Below, piece after piece: positions 10,168-18,897 of a stretch of 36,343 nucleotides of DNA. The notes beneath the pieces are model-generated. The model was not told where the DNA came from, searched no databases, and worked only from the letters and a program-made list of their open reading frames with translations. The DNA is from Candidatus Wolfebacteria bacterium. Its GTDB lineage: Bacteria; Patescibacteriota; Minisyncoccia; UBA6257; UBA9933. Both the position numbers and the translations under genes were made by a program. The DNA lies in assembly GCA_016933365.1 (NCBI GenBank), contig JAFGBB010000032.1, forward strand, positions 1-36,343, read 5' to 3'. How positions within the stretch are numbered: the stretch's first letter is position 1; every line of letters begins with the position of its first letter.

Positions 10168-10426
10168 ATTTGAATTTAAGATTAGACATCGTTTTTAATA
10201 ATTTACCGGGAATTTTTCTTTTAGCATATCTACGGCCGCGTCCATTTCGTAGGAGTGCCAATCGCTTAAAATAACGGTTCTAAATTCTCGTATAAGGGAT
10301 GAGCGTTGTTTAAAAATATCTTATTTATAAATATTTTGAGTATAATTTGAGTTTTTGTTTAAATATTAATAAAATTGTAATATTATCATTGTATAAAAAA
10401 TATTTTTATTTTTAATCTAAAATATT

Positions 10427-10798
10427 ATGAAAAAAATTAAGAAAAATAATAAAAATTTAACAATAAGAGAAATTCAAGATTGGGAAAAATCTTTTTTGGA
10501 AAAAAAGGGTGTTTTTGAAGACAAAGATAAAGAAAAAGCAATTAAAACTGCTATTTGTAAATTAGCAGAAGAAACAGGAGAAGTTGCTGAAGCGATATTA
10601 GAAGATAAATGGGATAAAATACAAGAAGAAGTTACCGATGTAATAGTTTTTGCTTGTAAGGTAGCTAACATAGCCGAAAAATTTTACGGTGCCGAGGATC
10701 TTTCTGACGCTATAAGAAAAAAGATAAAAATATGCGACGAAAGAGAATGGAACCCTGATAATAAAAAGCTTAATAAAACAAAAAATGAGAGAGCGTAG
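10427..10798 (+). CDS. MazG-like nucleotide pyrophosphohydrolase
   Basis: KLAEETGEVAEAI...EEVTDVIVF acidic metal-binding motif. Confidence 0.82.
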   Translation: MKKIKKNNKNLTIREIQDWEKSFLEKKGVFEDKDKEKAIKTAICKLAEETGEVAEAILEDKWDKIQEEVTDVIVFACKVANIAEKFYGAEDLSDAIRKKIKICDEREWNPDNKKLNKTKNERA

Positions 10799-10853
10799 TT
10801 TGTGTTTTAAAAATCGCGCCTTGTTTGTAAAGACATAAAAATAAAATAAAAAT

Positions 10854-11681
10854 ATGATTTTTGAAAATCAATCAAAAAATAAAAAGTTTTTACTTGTTAT
10901 TTTTTTTATTATTTTAATAATTGGTATTTTAACTTTTTTATATTCACCAATTATTTTTCAAGAAGGTAATCCTTGGCCGCAAATAAAAGGAATAGTTCAA
11001 TTGAATTTTACAAGTCAAGACATAGTAAAACTATCTATTGGAGAGAATAAGTATATAACTAAAAGCAAAAACGGTATTGAGATTGTTAAATCTTATATGA
11101 AAGATAGGGGATATGATTTTATTGAACAAATGGGGTCTGGTTATCTTTTTCAATCTATAACAGGAGAAAGCGCTATTGCTACGCATAGATATTACAGTAG
11201 ATTTTATTCGCTTTGGATAATAACAGAAAATACAAATAATATAGAAAGCGATAATAGTTTATGGGTGACAGCAATTGTTGACGATAATATAATTTTTCAA
11301 TACCCAAAAGAATTGCCAGTAAATTATATTAGTGAAGTAGAATGGCCGCCAAAGTTAAAAATAGAAGATAAATCGTTTGTTTGTAATCCGTCTGGCAATG
11401 AAATTCAACAAGGCGGAAAAACCGAATTGCGTTTGATAAATAACCAATCTTATTGCGTAACCAAAGAAAGTGAGGGAGCGGCTGGTAGCGTATATACTAC
11501 TTATACTTACGCTTTTTCAAAAGATAATAAAACAGGAATTATCGTTTTTACTTTGCGTTTTGTTCAGTGTCAAAATTATGACGAGCCAAAAGCGACTGAA
11601 TGCGAAAACGAACGTTCTGCTTTTGATATAGACATTATTGCGGATAAAATTATTCAAAGTATTAAAATTAAATCCGAATAA
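10854..11681 (+). CDS. Membrane-anchored exported hypothetical protein
   Basis: N-terminal TM helix, EGAAGS motif, several Cys in the C-terminal domain. Confidence 0.7.
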   Translation: MIFENQSKNKKFLLVIFFIILIIGILTFLYSPIIFQEGNPWPQIKGIVQLNFTSQDIVKLSIGENKYITKSKNGIEIVKSYMKDRGYDFIEQMGSGYLFQSITGESAIATHRYYSRFYSLWIITENTNNIESDNSLWVTAIVDDNIIFQYPKELPVNYISEVEWPPKLKIEDKSFVCNPSGNEIQQGGKTELRLINNQSYCVTKESEGAAGSVYTTYTYAFSKDNKTGIIVFTLRFVQCQNYDEPKATECENERSAFDIDIIADKIIQSIKIKSE

Positions 11682-11812
11682 TTATTTATTGCTGAAAAAT
11701 TAAAAGATTGTTTGTAAAAAAAGTAGTGTTTTAATTTATGTTATTTTTGTATTTTTGATGTATAATAAATATATAAATAAAGGTCGTTAATTATTAAATT
11801 AATTATAAAAAT

Positions 11813-12484
11813 ATGAAAAACAAAATTTTGATAGCTGGTATTTTAACAATTGCTTTTGTTTTTGCGATTAATAATTATGCCGTAGGTCAAAATAATAATG
11901 CTGGAAATGACTATCAAGTTCAGCAACAGGCACAAACCGCTAATCAAGGTGAAGATTTTCAGATTCAGCTTCAACAACAACTTCAACAGCAACTTCAAAA
12001 CGCGACCGAAGAAGAAGTTCAGGCTCAAAATCAGAATCAAATACAGAATCAAGAAATGTTTCAAATTCCTGAACAACGAAGAAGTCAGGTGTCTAATGCC
12101 GTGCAAGAAATGTTGCAAGTGGCGGAAAGAAATGATGGAATTGGTCAACAAGTTAGAGTTATTGCTCAAGCGCAAAATCAGAATCAAGAAAAATTAGAAA
12201 ATAGCTTGCAGAAAGTTCAGAATAGAAGCGGTTTTGCTAAATTTTTAATAGGAGTAGATTATAACGAGATAAATAACGCTAAGAAGATATTGGAACAAAA
12301 TCGCCAGCAGGTTCAACAGTTAAATGAAATTAAAAACCAACTTATTAATCAAAGCGAACAACAGAATTTAGCGCAACAAGTTCAGATTCTTGAACAGGCG
12401 AATTTGGAAATTGAGAATTCTTTAAATGTTTCTCAAGACGGTTTTAGTTTGTTAGGTTGGATTTTTAAATTGATGGCTAAATAG
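11813..12484 (+). CDS. Gln-rich secreted coiled-coil protein
   Basis: Signal peptide, Q/N-rich low complexity, C-terminal FSLLGWIFK. Confidence 0.7.
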   Translation: MKNKILIAGILTIAFVFAINNYAVGQNNNAGNDYQVQQQAQTANQGEDFQIQLQQQLQQQLQNATEEEVQAQNQNQIQNQEMFQIPEQRRSQVSNAVQEMLQVAERNDGIGQQVRVIAQAQNQNQEKLENSLQKVQNRSGFAKFLIGVDYNEINNAKKILEQNRQQVQQLNEIKNQLINQSEQQNLAQQVQILEQANLEIENSLNVSQDGFSLLGWIFKLMAK

Positions 12485-12569
12485 TTTAATTTATTTTTAT
12501 TATTAAAAATAAATATTATTTAATAAAATACTTGTGATAGTAGGTTTATTTTAATATTAATTAATAAAT

Positions 12570-12866
12570 ATGTTTGAAAAATATATTGAATATTTTAAAA
12601 ATAATCCTCGCGGTTATTGGTTTAAACGAAAGCTTTTTGGTTGGGGTTGGTTTCCCGTGAAATGGCAGGGTTGGCTTGTGGTATTTATTGGTCTTGTCTT
12701 TTTTTTCGCCGGTGTTTATGTCGGAGAAATTGATGACGCGCCCGGCGCGGCGTTTTTGGGATTTTTAATAATGATTGGACTTTTTCTTTTTTTTGGTTAT
12801 CGCAAAGGAGAAAAACCAAAATGGCAGTGGGGGTTGTCAAAAAAGAATAATTATAATAAAAAATAA
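12570..12866 (+). CDS. Small two-TM membrane protein
   Basis: WFKRKLFGWGWFPVKWQGW followed by two hydrophobic helices and GEKPKWQWG. Confidence 0.7.
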   Translation: MFEKYIEYFKNNPRGYWFKRKLFGWGWFPVKWQGWLVVFIGLVFFFAGVYVGEIDDAPGAAFLGFLIMIGLFLFFGYRKGEKPKWQWGLSKKNNYNKK

Positions 12867-12910
12867 ACCAAAATAGGAAAAACTTTAGCAAGATACAGTT
12901 TAATTAAATT

Positions 12911-12936
12911 AAATGGCTCAAGTTGTTGAGCCATTT
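12911..12936. terminator. Hairpin, probable terminator
   Basis: AAATGGCTCAA-GTTG-TTGAGCCATTT perfect 11-bp stem. Confidence 0.55.
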
Positions 12937-12962
12937 AAAAAATAATTATTTAGATAAATAGA

Positions 12963-12990
12963 AATCGCCTTTTTTATGGGGCGGTTTTTT
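12963..12990 (+). terminator. Hairpin with T-tract
   Basis: AATCGCCT...GGGCGGTT followed by TTTT (G-U pairs). Confidence 0.45.
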
Positions 12991-13004
12991 GATAAAATGT
13001 GAAT

Positions 13005-14003
13005 ATGGATTTAACATTAATTCAAAAATTATTTGAAAAAGAACCGAAATATCGTTTTAAACAAATTAAAAAAGCGATTTTTCAAGATTTAATTCAAGAT
13101 TGGCAAGAGGCGGCGGCTTTGCCACTATCTTTAAGAAATAAATTAAATAAAGAATTTTCAATTAAAATATTTGCCAAAGCGTTTGTTTCTAAAGATAAAA
13201 AAACAATAAAAGCGATTATTGTTTTAAAAGATGGTTTTAAAATTGAAACTGTTTTAATGCGTCATAAAGATAAAAGAAATACTGTTTGTGTTTCTTCGCA
13301 AGTTGGTTGTCCGTTAAAATGTCTTTTTTGCGTTACGGGAAAAATGGGATTTAAAAGAAATCTTGATGCTTGGGAAATCATTGAACAGGTTTTGTTTTTT
13401 GCCCGTTATTTAAAAAAAGATAAAGAAAAAATTACCAATATTGTTTTTATGGGAATGGGAGAGCCTTTTTTAAATTATCAAAATGTAATTAAGGCAATAA
13501 AAATTTTAAACGATAAAGAAGGTTTTAGTTTGGGGGCAAGACATTTTTCAATTTCCACTGTTGGAATTATTGAAGGGATTGAAAATCTTATTAAAGAAAA
13601 ATTGCAAATTAATTTGGCTATTTCTCTTCACGCGCCCAATGACGAACTTCGTTTAAAATTAATGCCAATTAATGAAAAATATCCTCTTAAAAAAATTTTA
13701 AACGCGACTGAAAATTATGTTAAAAGAGTCGGGCGACGAGTAATGTTTGAGTATATAATGATAAAAGATTTAAATGATTTTGAAGAACACGCCAAACAAT
13801 TAGCAAAAATGATTAAAAAACCTCTTTATTTTGTTAATTTAATTCCTTGCAACCCAAATGGAATTTTTAAACCTTCATCTTCTTTAAAAATTAAAAAATT
13901 TAAAGAAATTTTGGAAAAACAAGGAATAAATGTTACTCAAAGATATAATTTTGGCAAAGATATTCAAGGCGCTTGCGGTCAATTAGTTGTTAAAGAATCT
14001 TAG
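13005..14003 (+). CDS. rlmN: 23S rRNA m2A2503 radical SAM methyltransferase RlmN
   Basis: IETVLM, CVSSQVGCPLKCLFC (CX3CX2C), NIVFMGMGEP, ISLHAP, VNLIP, GACGQL. ATG 13005 preferred over GTG 12999. Confidence 0.95.
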   Translation: MDLTLIQKLFEKEPKYRFKQIKKAIFQDLIQDWQEAAALPLSLRNKLNKEFSIKIFAKAFVSKDKKTIKAIIVLKDGFKIETVLMRHKDKRNTVCVSSQVGCPLKCLFCVTGKMGFKRNLDAWEIIEQVLFFARYLKKDKEKITNIVFMGMGEPFLNYQNVIKAIKILNDKEGFSLGARHFSISTVGIIEGIENLIKEKLQINLAISLHAPNDELRLKLMPINEKYPLKKILNATENYVKRVGRRVMFEYIMIKDLNDFEEHAKQLAKMIKKPLYFVNLIPCNPNGIFKPSSSLKIKKFKEILEKQGINVTQRYNFGKDIQGACGQLVVKES

Positions 14004-14076
14004 TTTTATTTATATATTATGGTAAAAAAGGAGTATTTTTAGTATAATTAAAAAGTTGAAAATCAATATTTAAAAA

Positions 14077-15348
14077 ATGATTAAAAAAAATTTATTAATT
14101 ATTTTAATAATTATTTTATTTTTGGCTACGGCCGTTGCCGTGGGATTATTTATTTTTCCTTATCAGCCGGATAAACCGCCCCATGCGGAAGATGTTGGTT
14201 CAACTGTTCAAGGTATATCAGAGGTGGTTGACGCGAATAATAAATTCGCTTTTGATTTATATTCCGAGTTAAACAATTCCGAAAAAGGAAACATTTTTTA
14301 TTCTCCTTATAGTATTTTTTCCGCATTAGCAATGACTTATGAAGGAGCTAAAAATCAAACAGCCAGTGAAATGAAATCTGTTTTTCATTTTCCGGAAAAT
14401 GAAATTTTGCGTCCAAATTTTGCCAAAATTTATAATGATATAAATGAAAACGCTAATGATTACGATTTAAAAATCGGAAACGCTTTGTGGGCTCAACAAA
14501 ATTTTTATTTTCTTGAAGATTATATGGATAGAGTTGAAAAATATTACGGTGGAAAAGCGGTGAATGTGGATTTTGCAAACAAAACAGAAGAAACAAGGCA
14601 AACCATTAATAGTTTTATTGAAGAACAAACAAAAAATAAAATTAAAAATTTAATTCCCAAGGGAGCCCTTGATTTAACAACCAGACTTGTTTTAACTAAC
14701 GCGGTTTATTTTAAAGGGGATTGGGAATGGCAATTTGACATAAAAGAAACCTTTGAAAGCGATTTTAAGATAACTCCTGATAATATTATTAAAACCGAGA
14801 TGATGAATATGAAGCCCGGTATTGATGAAGCAAAATTTAATTATCTTGATAATGGAGATTTACAAGTTTTAGAATTGCCGTATAAAGGGGATAAAATTTC
14901 AATGTTAATATTATTGCCAACTGAAAATCTTGATGTTGTAGAATCTAATCTTACTTTTGAAAAAATAAATGAATATAAGTCTCAAATGAAAGAAACAAAA
15001 TTAGATTTAATTTCTCTTCCTAAATTTGAATTTGAAACTAAATATTTTATGAAAGAGACTTTAAGTAATTTAGGAATGTCTTCAGCTTTTTCTTTTCAAG
15101 ACGCTGATTTTTCCGGAATGACCGGAAAGAAAGATTTATTTATAGGATTTGTTATTCATCAGGCATATATAAAAGTTGACGAAAAAGGAACAGAAGCGGC
15201 GGCGGCAACCGCGGTAGGAATGAATCTTACGTCTATGCCTAATTTTAGAACTGTTTTTAAAGCTGACCATCCGTTTCTTTTTATGATTCAAGAAAAACAA
15301 ACGGGAAATATTCTATTTTTGGGCAAAGTGGTTAATCCGAACGAATAA
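14077..15348 (+). CDS. Serpin family protease inhibitor, N-terminally anchored or exported
   Basis: NIFYSPYSI, LTNAVYFKGDW, VDEKGTEAAAAT hinge, FKADHPFLFMI, ILFLGKVVNP. Confidence 0.95.
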   Translation: MIKKNLLIILIIILFLATAVAVGLFIFPYQPDKPPHAEDVGSTVQGISEVVDANNKFAFDLYSELNNSEKGNIFYSPYSIFSALAMTYEGAKNQTASEMKSVFHFPENEILRPNFAKIYNDINENANDYDLKIGNALWAQQNFYFLEDYMDRVEKYYGGKAVNVDFANKTEETRQTINSFIEEQTKNKIKNLIPKGALDLTTRLVLTNAVYFKGDWEWQFDIKETFESDFKITPDNIIKTEMMNMKPGIDEAKFNYLDNGDLQVLELPYKGDKISMLILLPTENLDVVESNLTFEKINEYKSQMKETKLDLISLPKFEFETKYFMKETLSNLGMSSAFSFQDADFSGMTGKKDLFIGFVIHQAYIKVDEKGTEAAAATAVGMNLTSMPNFRTVFKADHPFLFMIQEKQTGNILFLGKVVNPNE

Positions 15349-15374
15349 TTTTAATTTTTTAAGATTATTTACTC

Positions 15375-15404
15375 TTGACAAAATACCCTATGGGGGTATA
15401 TGCT
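15375..15404 (+). promoter_or_regulatory. Sigma70 promoter overlapped by a CsoR-family operator
   Basis: TTGACA (15375-80), TATGCT (15399-404); operator ATACCC-TATGG-GGGTAT (15383-99) has the C-tract/G-tract form typical of CsoR/CstR sites. Confidence 0.8.
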
Positions 15405-15427
15405 TTTATTATTAAATAATTAATAAT

Positions 15428-15676
15428 ATGAGAAAAAATACAATAACTCAAAGATTAAATATTGTTAAAGGACAAATAGACGGTTTAATTAATCTTATAG
15501 AAAAACAAGAAGATTGTCGCAAGGTAACGGAACAATTTTACGCGATAAACGCTGGTTTAAAAAAAGCGATTGAAAAATACTTTAAAGATAATTTATCTTC
15601 TTGTTTAAAATCTATTAATCTTAAAAAAAGAAAAACGGTCGAATTTTTTTTAAAAGAATTAGTTGAAAATAAATAA
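15428..15676 (+). CDS. CsoR/RcnR-family repressor, CstR-like
   Basis: RLNIVKGQIDG, EDCRKVTEQ, DNLSSC: two Cys, with Asn at the position of the Cu-ligand His. Confidence 0.85.
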   Translation: MRKNTITQRLNIVKGQIDGLINLIEKQEDCRKVTEQFYAINAGLKKAIEKYFKDNLSSCLKSINLKKRKTVEFFLKELVENK

Positions 15677-15681
15677 TATTT

Positions 15682-16008
15682 ATGTCTAATTTAATTTTAA
15701 CTGATGAAAATTTTTCAGAAAAAGTTTTAAAAAGCCAAAAGCCGATTTTGGTTGATTTTTGGGCGGAGTGGTGTATGCCCTGCCAAATGATAGCCCCAAT
15801 TCTTCAAGAAATCGCCGAAAAATTCAATGAAAAAATAATAATTGGCAAACTTGATGTTGATAAAAATCCTTCAATCTCCAATATGTTTTCAATAGATGCT
15901 ATTCCGGCTTTGTTTTTATTTAAAGACGGAAAAATAATACAAAAGTTTATAGGCGTTCAACCTAAACAAGTTATTGAGAAAGCTATTGAGGTCGCAATTG
16001 AAGATTAA
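15682..16008 (+). CDS. trxA: Thioredoxin
   Basis: LVDFWAEWCMPC, cis-Pro motif AIP, 108 aa. Confidence 0.95.
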   Translation: MSNLILTDENFSEKVLKSQKPILVDFWAEWCMPCQMIAPILQEIAEKFNEKIIIGKLDVDKNPSISNMFSIDAIPALFLFKDGKIIQKFIGVQPKQVIEKAIEVAIED

Positions 16009-16017
16009 ATTAACTCT

Positions 16018-16821
16018 ATGAATAAAGAAATTACTAAAATTACAATTTTGCCGGGAATAAATAAGCTTGGAGAAAAGGAAAATTTTAAAAAAATTGACAT
16101 AAAAAAAGGAGAAGTTGTTGCTATTGTAGGTCATACAGGCGCTGGTAAAAGTCAGCTTCTTTATGATATTGAAAGACTTGCTCAAAAAGACACTAAAAGC
16201 AAAAGAAAAATCTTGGTAAATGATGAAATTCCTGATAAAGAATTAAGATTTAATCCTAAAAGAAAATTAATCGCTTCTTTGGCGCAAAGTATGAATTTTT
16301 TTACGGATATGGCTGTTGGAGATTTTCTTAAATTGCATTTAGAATCTCGTGGAAAAAAATCAAAAAAAGGATTAATTGAAGAAGTGATTAAAGAAGCGAA
16401 TAAAATCACCGGCGAAGCAATTTCTTCTAAAATGAATTTACTTAATTTATCCGGAGGGCAAAGCAGAGCTTTAATGGTTTCCGATGTGGCTAATATCAGT
16501 GTTTCTCCTATTGTTTTAATTGACGAAATAGAAAACGCGGGAATTAAAAAAGAAGAAGCGATTAAAATTTTAGTGGAAGAAGGAAAAATTATTTTAATTG
16601 TTACTCACGACCCTTCTTTAGCGTTAAATACCGATAAAAGAATTATTATTAAAAATGGAGGTATTGTTGATGTTTTAAATACTTCTTTAAAAGAAAAAGG
16701 TATCGCGCATTATCTTAATTGGATAGAAAGCTTTGGTTTGGATATAAGAGAAAAAATAAGAAAGGGCAAAAAGATTGAAAATGTTGAAATATATTGCGAA
16801 CCAATTAAATCTAAAAAATAA
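16018..16821 (+). CDS. Soluble ABC-type ATPase with no adjacent permease
   Basis: GHTGAGKS, LSGGQ, VLIDEIEN, VTHD. Confidence 0.88.
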   Translation: MNKEITKITILPGINKLGEKENFKKIDIKKGEVVAIVGHTGAGKSQLLYDIERLAQKDTKSKRKILVNDEIPDKELRFNPKRKLIASLAQSMNFFTDMAVGDFLKLHLESRGKKSKKGLIEEVIKEANKITGEAISSKMNLLNLSGGQSRALMVSDVANISVSPIVLIDEIENAGIKKEEAIKILVEEGKIILIVTHDPSLALNTDKRIIIKNGGIVDVLNTSLKEKGIAHYLNWIESFGLDIREKIRKGKKIENVEIYCEPIKSKK

Positions 16822-16825
16822 AAAT

Positions 16826-17620
16826 ATGAAATTTATAATTTTTGCGGGAACTCCCGGTTCAGGTAAAACAAGCATAATTAAAAGTATAATTCAAGAATTG
16901 AAAAATGATTTCAAATTATTTTTTGCAAAGTTTGATTGTTTGCAAACATTAGACGATGAAAAAATTGCTAAAGAATATAAAATTCCAGCCGTAAAAAAGC
17001 TTGCCGGAGAACTTTGTCCTGACCATTATACCGCTTTGGAAATACCAAAAATAATTAAAGAAAATAAAGATAAAGATATTATTATTTTAGAAACCGCGGG
17101 TTTGTGTCTTCGTTGTTCTCCTTATGTTGAAGAAGGATTAGGAATTAATGTTTTAGATATTACTTCAGGAGACCCTTCTCGTTACGGACCAATTTTAACA
17201 GAAGCGGATGTGGTAGCTATTAGCAAGGGAGATTTAATTTCTCAAGCGGAAAGAGAAATTTTTAGAGCAAAGGTTTTAAAGGTTAATCCTAAAGCAAAAA
17301 TAACAGAAGTAAACGGTCTTACGGGAGAAGGAGCTTTTGATATAGCGGAATTTATAAAAGAATCTTTAGCTGTAAAAAGTGAAAAATTAACATTAAAACA
17401 TTCTATGCCTTCGGCAATTTGCGGATATTGTTATGGAAATAGAATAATTGATGAAACAGAATCGCGAAAGAGATTTTTAGCTGGAAAAGAATTAAAAAGT
17501 TTGGTTCCTAATTTAAATTGTGGAAAATGCGGTTATAAATCTTGCAATGAATTTATAAGAGCAGTTTTAGATGGGAAGGCCCAAAAAGAAAAATGTCCTT
17601 TTATTAAAAAAGAAATTTAA
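16826..17620 (+). CDS. HypB/UreG-like (G3E) GTPase fused to a C-terminal putative [4Fe-4S] domain
   Basis: Start reassigned to ATG 16826. GTPGSGKT, LCPDH, ETAGLCLRC, SKGD, CGYC; C-terminal PNLNCGKCGYKSC...CP resembles the RnfB-type FeS domain. Confidence 0.8.
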   Translation: MKFIIFAGTPGSGKTSIIKSIIQELKNDFKLFFAKFDCLQTLDDEKIAKEYKIPAVKKLAGELCPDHYTALEIPKIIKENKDKDIIILETAGLCLRCSPYVEEGLGINVLDITSGDPSRYGPILTEADVVAISKGDLISQAEREIFRAKVLKVNPKAKITEVNGLTGEGAFDIAEFIKESLAVKSEKLTLKHSMPSAICGYCYGNRIIDETESRKRFLAGKELKSLVPNLNCGKCGYKSCNEFIRAVLDGKAQKEKCPFIKKEI

Positions 17621-17644
17621 ATTAATTTTTAAGATACATTTTTA

Positions 17645-17920
17645 ATGTTAAAAAAAGAAAAAGAGTTTAAGAGATTATTTAAAGAATCCGAAGATTTTGC
17701 GAAAAAAAACGGATTTCGTTTAAATCCCGATAAAAAAGCGGTCAATTATTTAATTGAAGCGTTGTTTGAAAAAGAAAATAAATACGGTAAAAAATATTGT
17801 CCTTGTCGTCGTCTTAAAGAAAATCAAAAAGAAAATAATAAAATTGTTTGTCCGTGCGTTTATTGTAAAGAAGAAATAAAAAAAGACGGACATTGTCATT
17901 GTTTTTTATTTGTAAAATAA
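17645..17920 (+). CDS. Ferredoxin:thioredoxin reductase catalytic subunit
   Basis: CPCR...CPC...GHCHC signature, 91 aa. Confidence 0.92.
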   Translation: MLKKEKEFKRLFKESEDFAKKNGFRLNPDKKAVNYLIEALFEKENKYGKKYCPCRRLKENQKENNKIVCPCVYCKEEIKKDGHCHCFLFVK

Positions 17921-17929
17921 TTTAATAAT

Positions 17930-18109
17930 ATGAGTAAATTTAAAATTGATAAATCAAAATGCGTTGGATGTGGAGCTTGTGTTAACACTTGTCTTTATGA
18001 AGCGATTGAAATTGGAAAAGATGATAAAGCAATTATAAATAAAGAAAAATGTAAAAATTGCGGTAAATGTAAAAAAATTTGTCCTTTTAACGCAATATTA
18101 GAAAAATAA
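17930..18109 (+). CDS. 2[4Fe-4S] ferredoxin (59 aa, absent from the ORF track)
   Basis: MSKFKIDKSKCVGCGACVNTCLYEAI...CKNCGKCKKICPFNAILEK*: two CxxCxxCxxxC motifs. Confidence 0.93.
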   Translation: MSKFKIDKSKCVGCGACVNTCLYEAIEIGKDDKAIINKEKCKNCGKCKKICPFNAILEK

Positions 18110-18168
18110 TTTTTAGTTTTTTTAATGGTTTTATTTACGAATTTATTTGTAGTTTTTTTATATAATTT

Positions 18169-18897
18169 ATGATTAAAATAAAAAATCTGACCTTTACAAA
18201 AGACGGAAAAAAAATAATAAATAATTTGAATTTGGAAATAAAAAAAAACAACGTTTCTGTAATTGTTGGTTCTAATGGGTCTGGTAAATCCACTTTGGCT
18301 TATCTTTTAATGGGTTTGCAAGGATATGAAGATTATCAAGGGGATATAATTTATCGCGGAAAATCTTTAAAAAAAATGTCGGTTTTTAAAAGAGCTTCTT
18401 TAGGTATTACTTTGGCCTGGCAAGAACCGGTGAGGTTTGAGGGTTTAACGGTAAAAAAATATTTAGAAAACTCAGGAAATAAAGTCAATCAAAAAGAAAT
18501 TGAAATTGCTTTAGAAAAAGTTGGTTTAAAACCTGAAAATTATTTGGAAAGATTTGTTGATTCTTCTTTAAGCGGAGGAGAAAGAAAAAAAATTGAATTA
18601 GCTTCTATTTATTTAATGAAACCCAAATTAGTAATTCTTGATGAACCTGATTCGGGAATAGACATTGATTCATTAAAATATATCAATAAAATAATTAAAG
18701 AATTTAAAAGCAATGGTTCTTCAGTGATTTTAATAACGCATAATTTGTCCGCCTTACGACAGGGCGATGTATTCTTTTTAATGTGTAAGGGAAATCTTTT
18801 AAAAATTAATTCCTTAAAAGAAATAAAATCCTATTTTAGAAAAAAATGCGTAAATTGTCAGCTTAAAAGCAATTTTGACATACAATTAAAAAAATGA
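18169..18897 (+). CDS. sufC: SufC-like Fe-S assembly ATPase, SmsC type with C-terminal Cys motif
   Basis: GSNGSGKSTLAY, AWQEP, LSGGERKKIE, ILDEPDSGID, ITH; C-terminal C-X20-C-X2-C. Confidence 0.88.
   Translation: MIKIKNLTFTKDGKKIINNLNLEIKKNNVSVIVGSNGSGKSTLAYLLMGLQGYEDYQGDIIYRGKSLKKMSVFKRASLGITLAWQEPVRFEGLTVKKYLENSGNKVNQKEIEIALEKVGLKPENYLERFVDSSLSGGERKKIELASIYLMKPKLVILDEPDSGIDIDSLKYINKIIKEFKSNGSSVILITHNLSALRQGDVFFLMCKGNLLKINSLKEIKSYFRKKCVNCQLKSNFDIQLKK

Noticed and set aside
11900..12420. Repetitive CAA/CAG/AATCAA tracts
   Set aside because: Explained by Gln/Asn-rich coding sequence; no constant repeat-spacer period, so not CRISPR.
16826..17620. Calling the GTPase hypB or ureG
   Set aside because: Motifs diverge, there is an extra Fe-S domain, and no hydrogenase or urease genes are present.
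16018..18897. ABC ATPases as an importer or exporter
   Set aside because: No permease or binding protein nearby; the second ATPase is clearly SufC-like.
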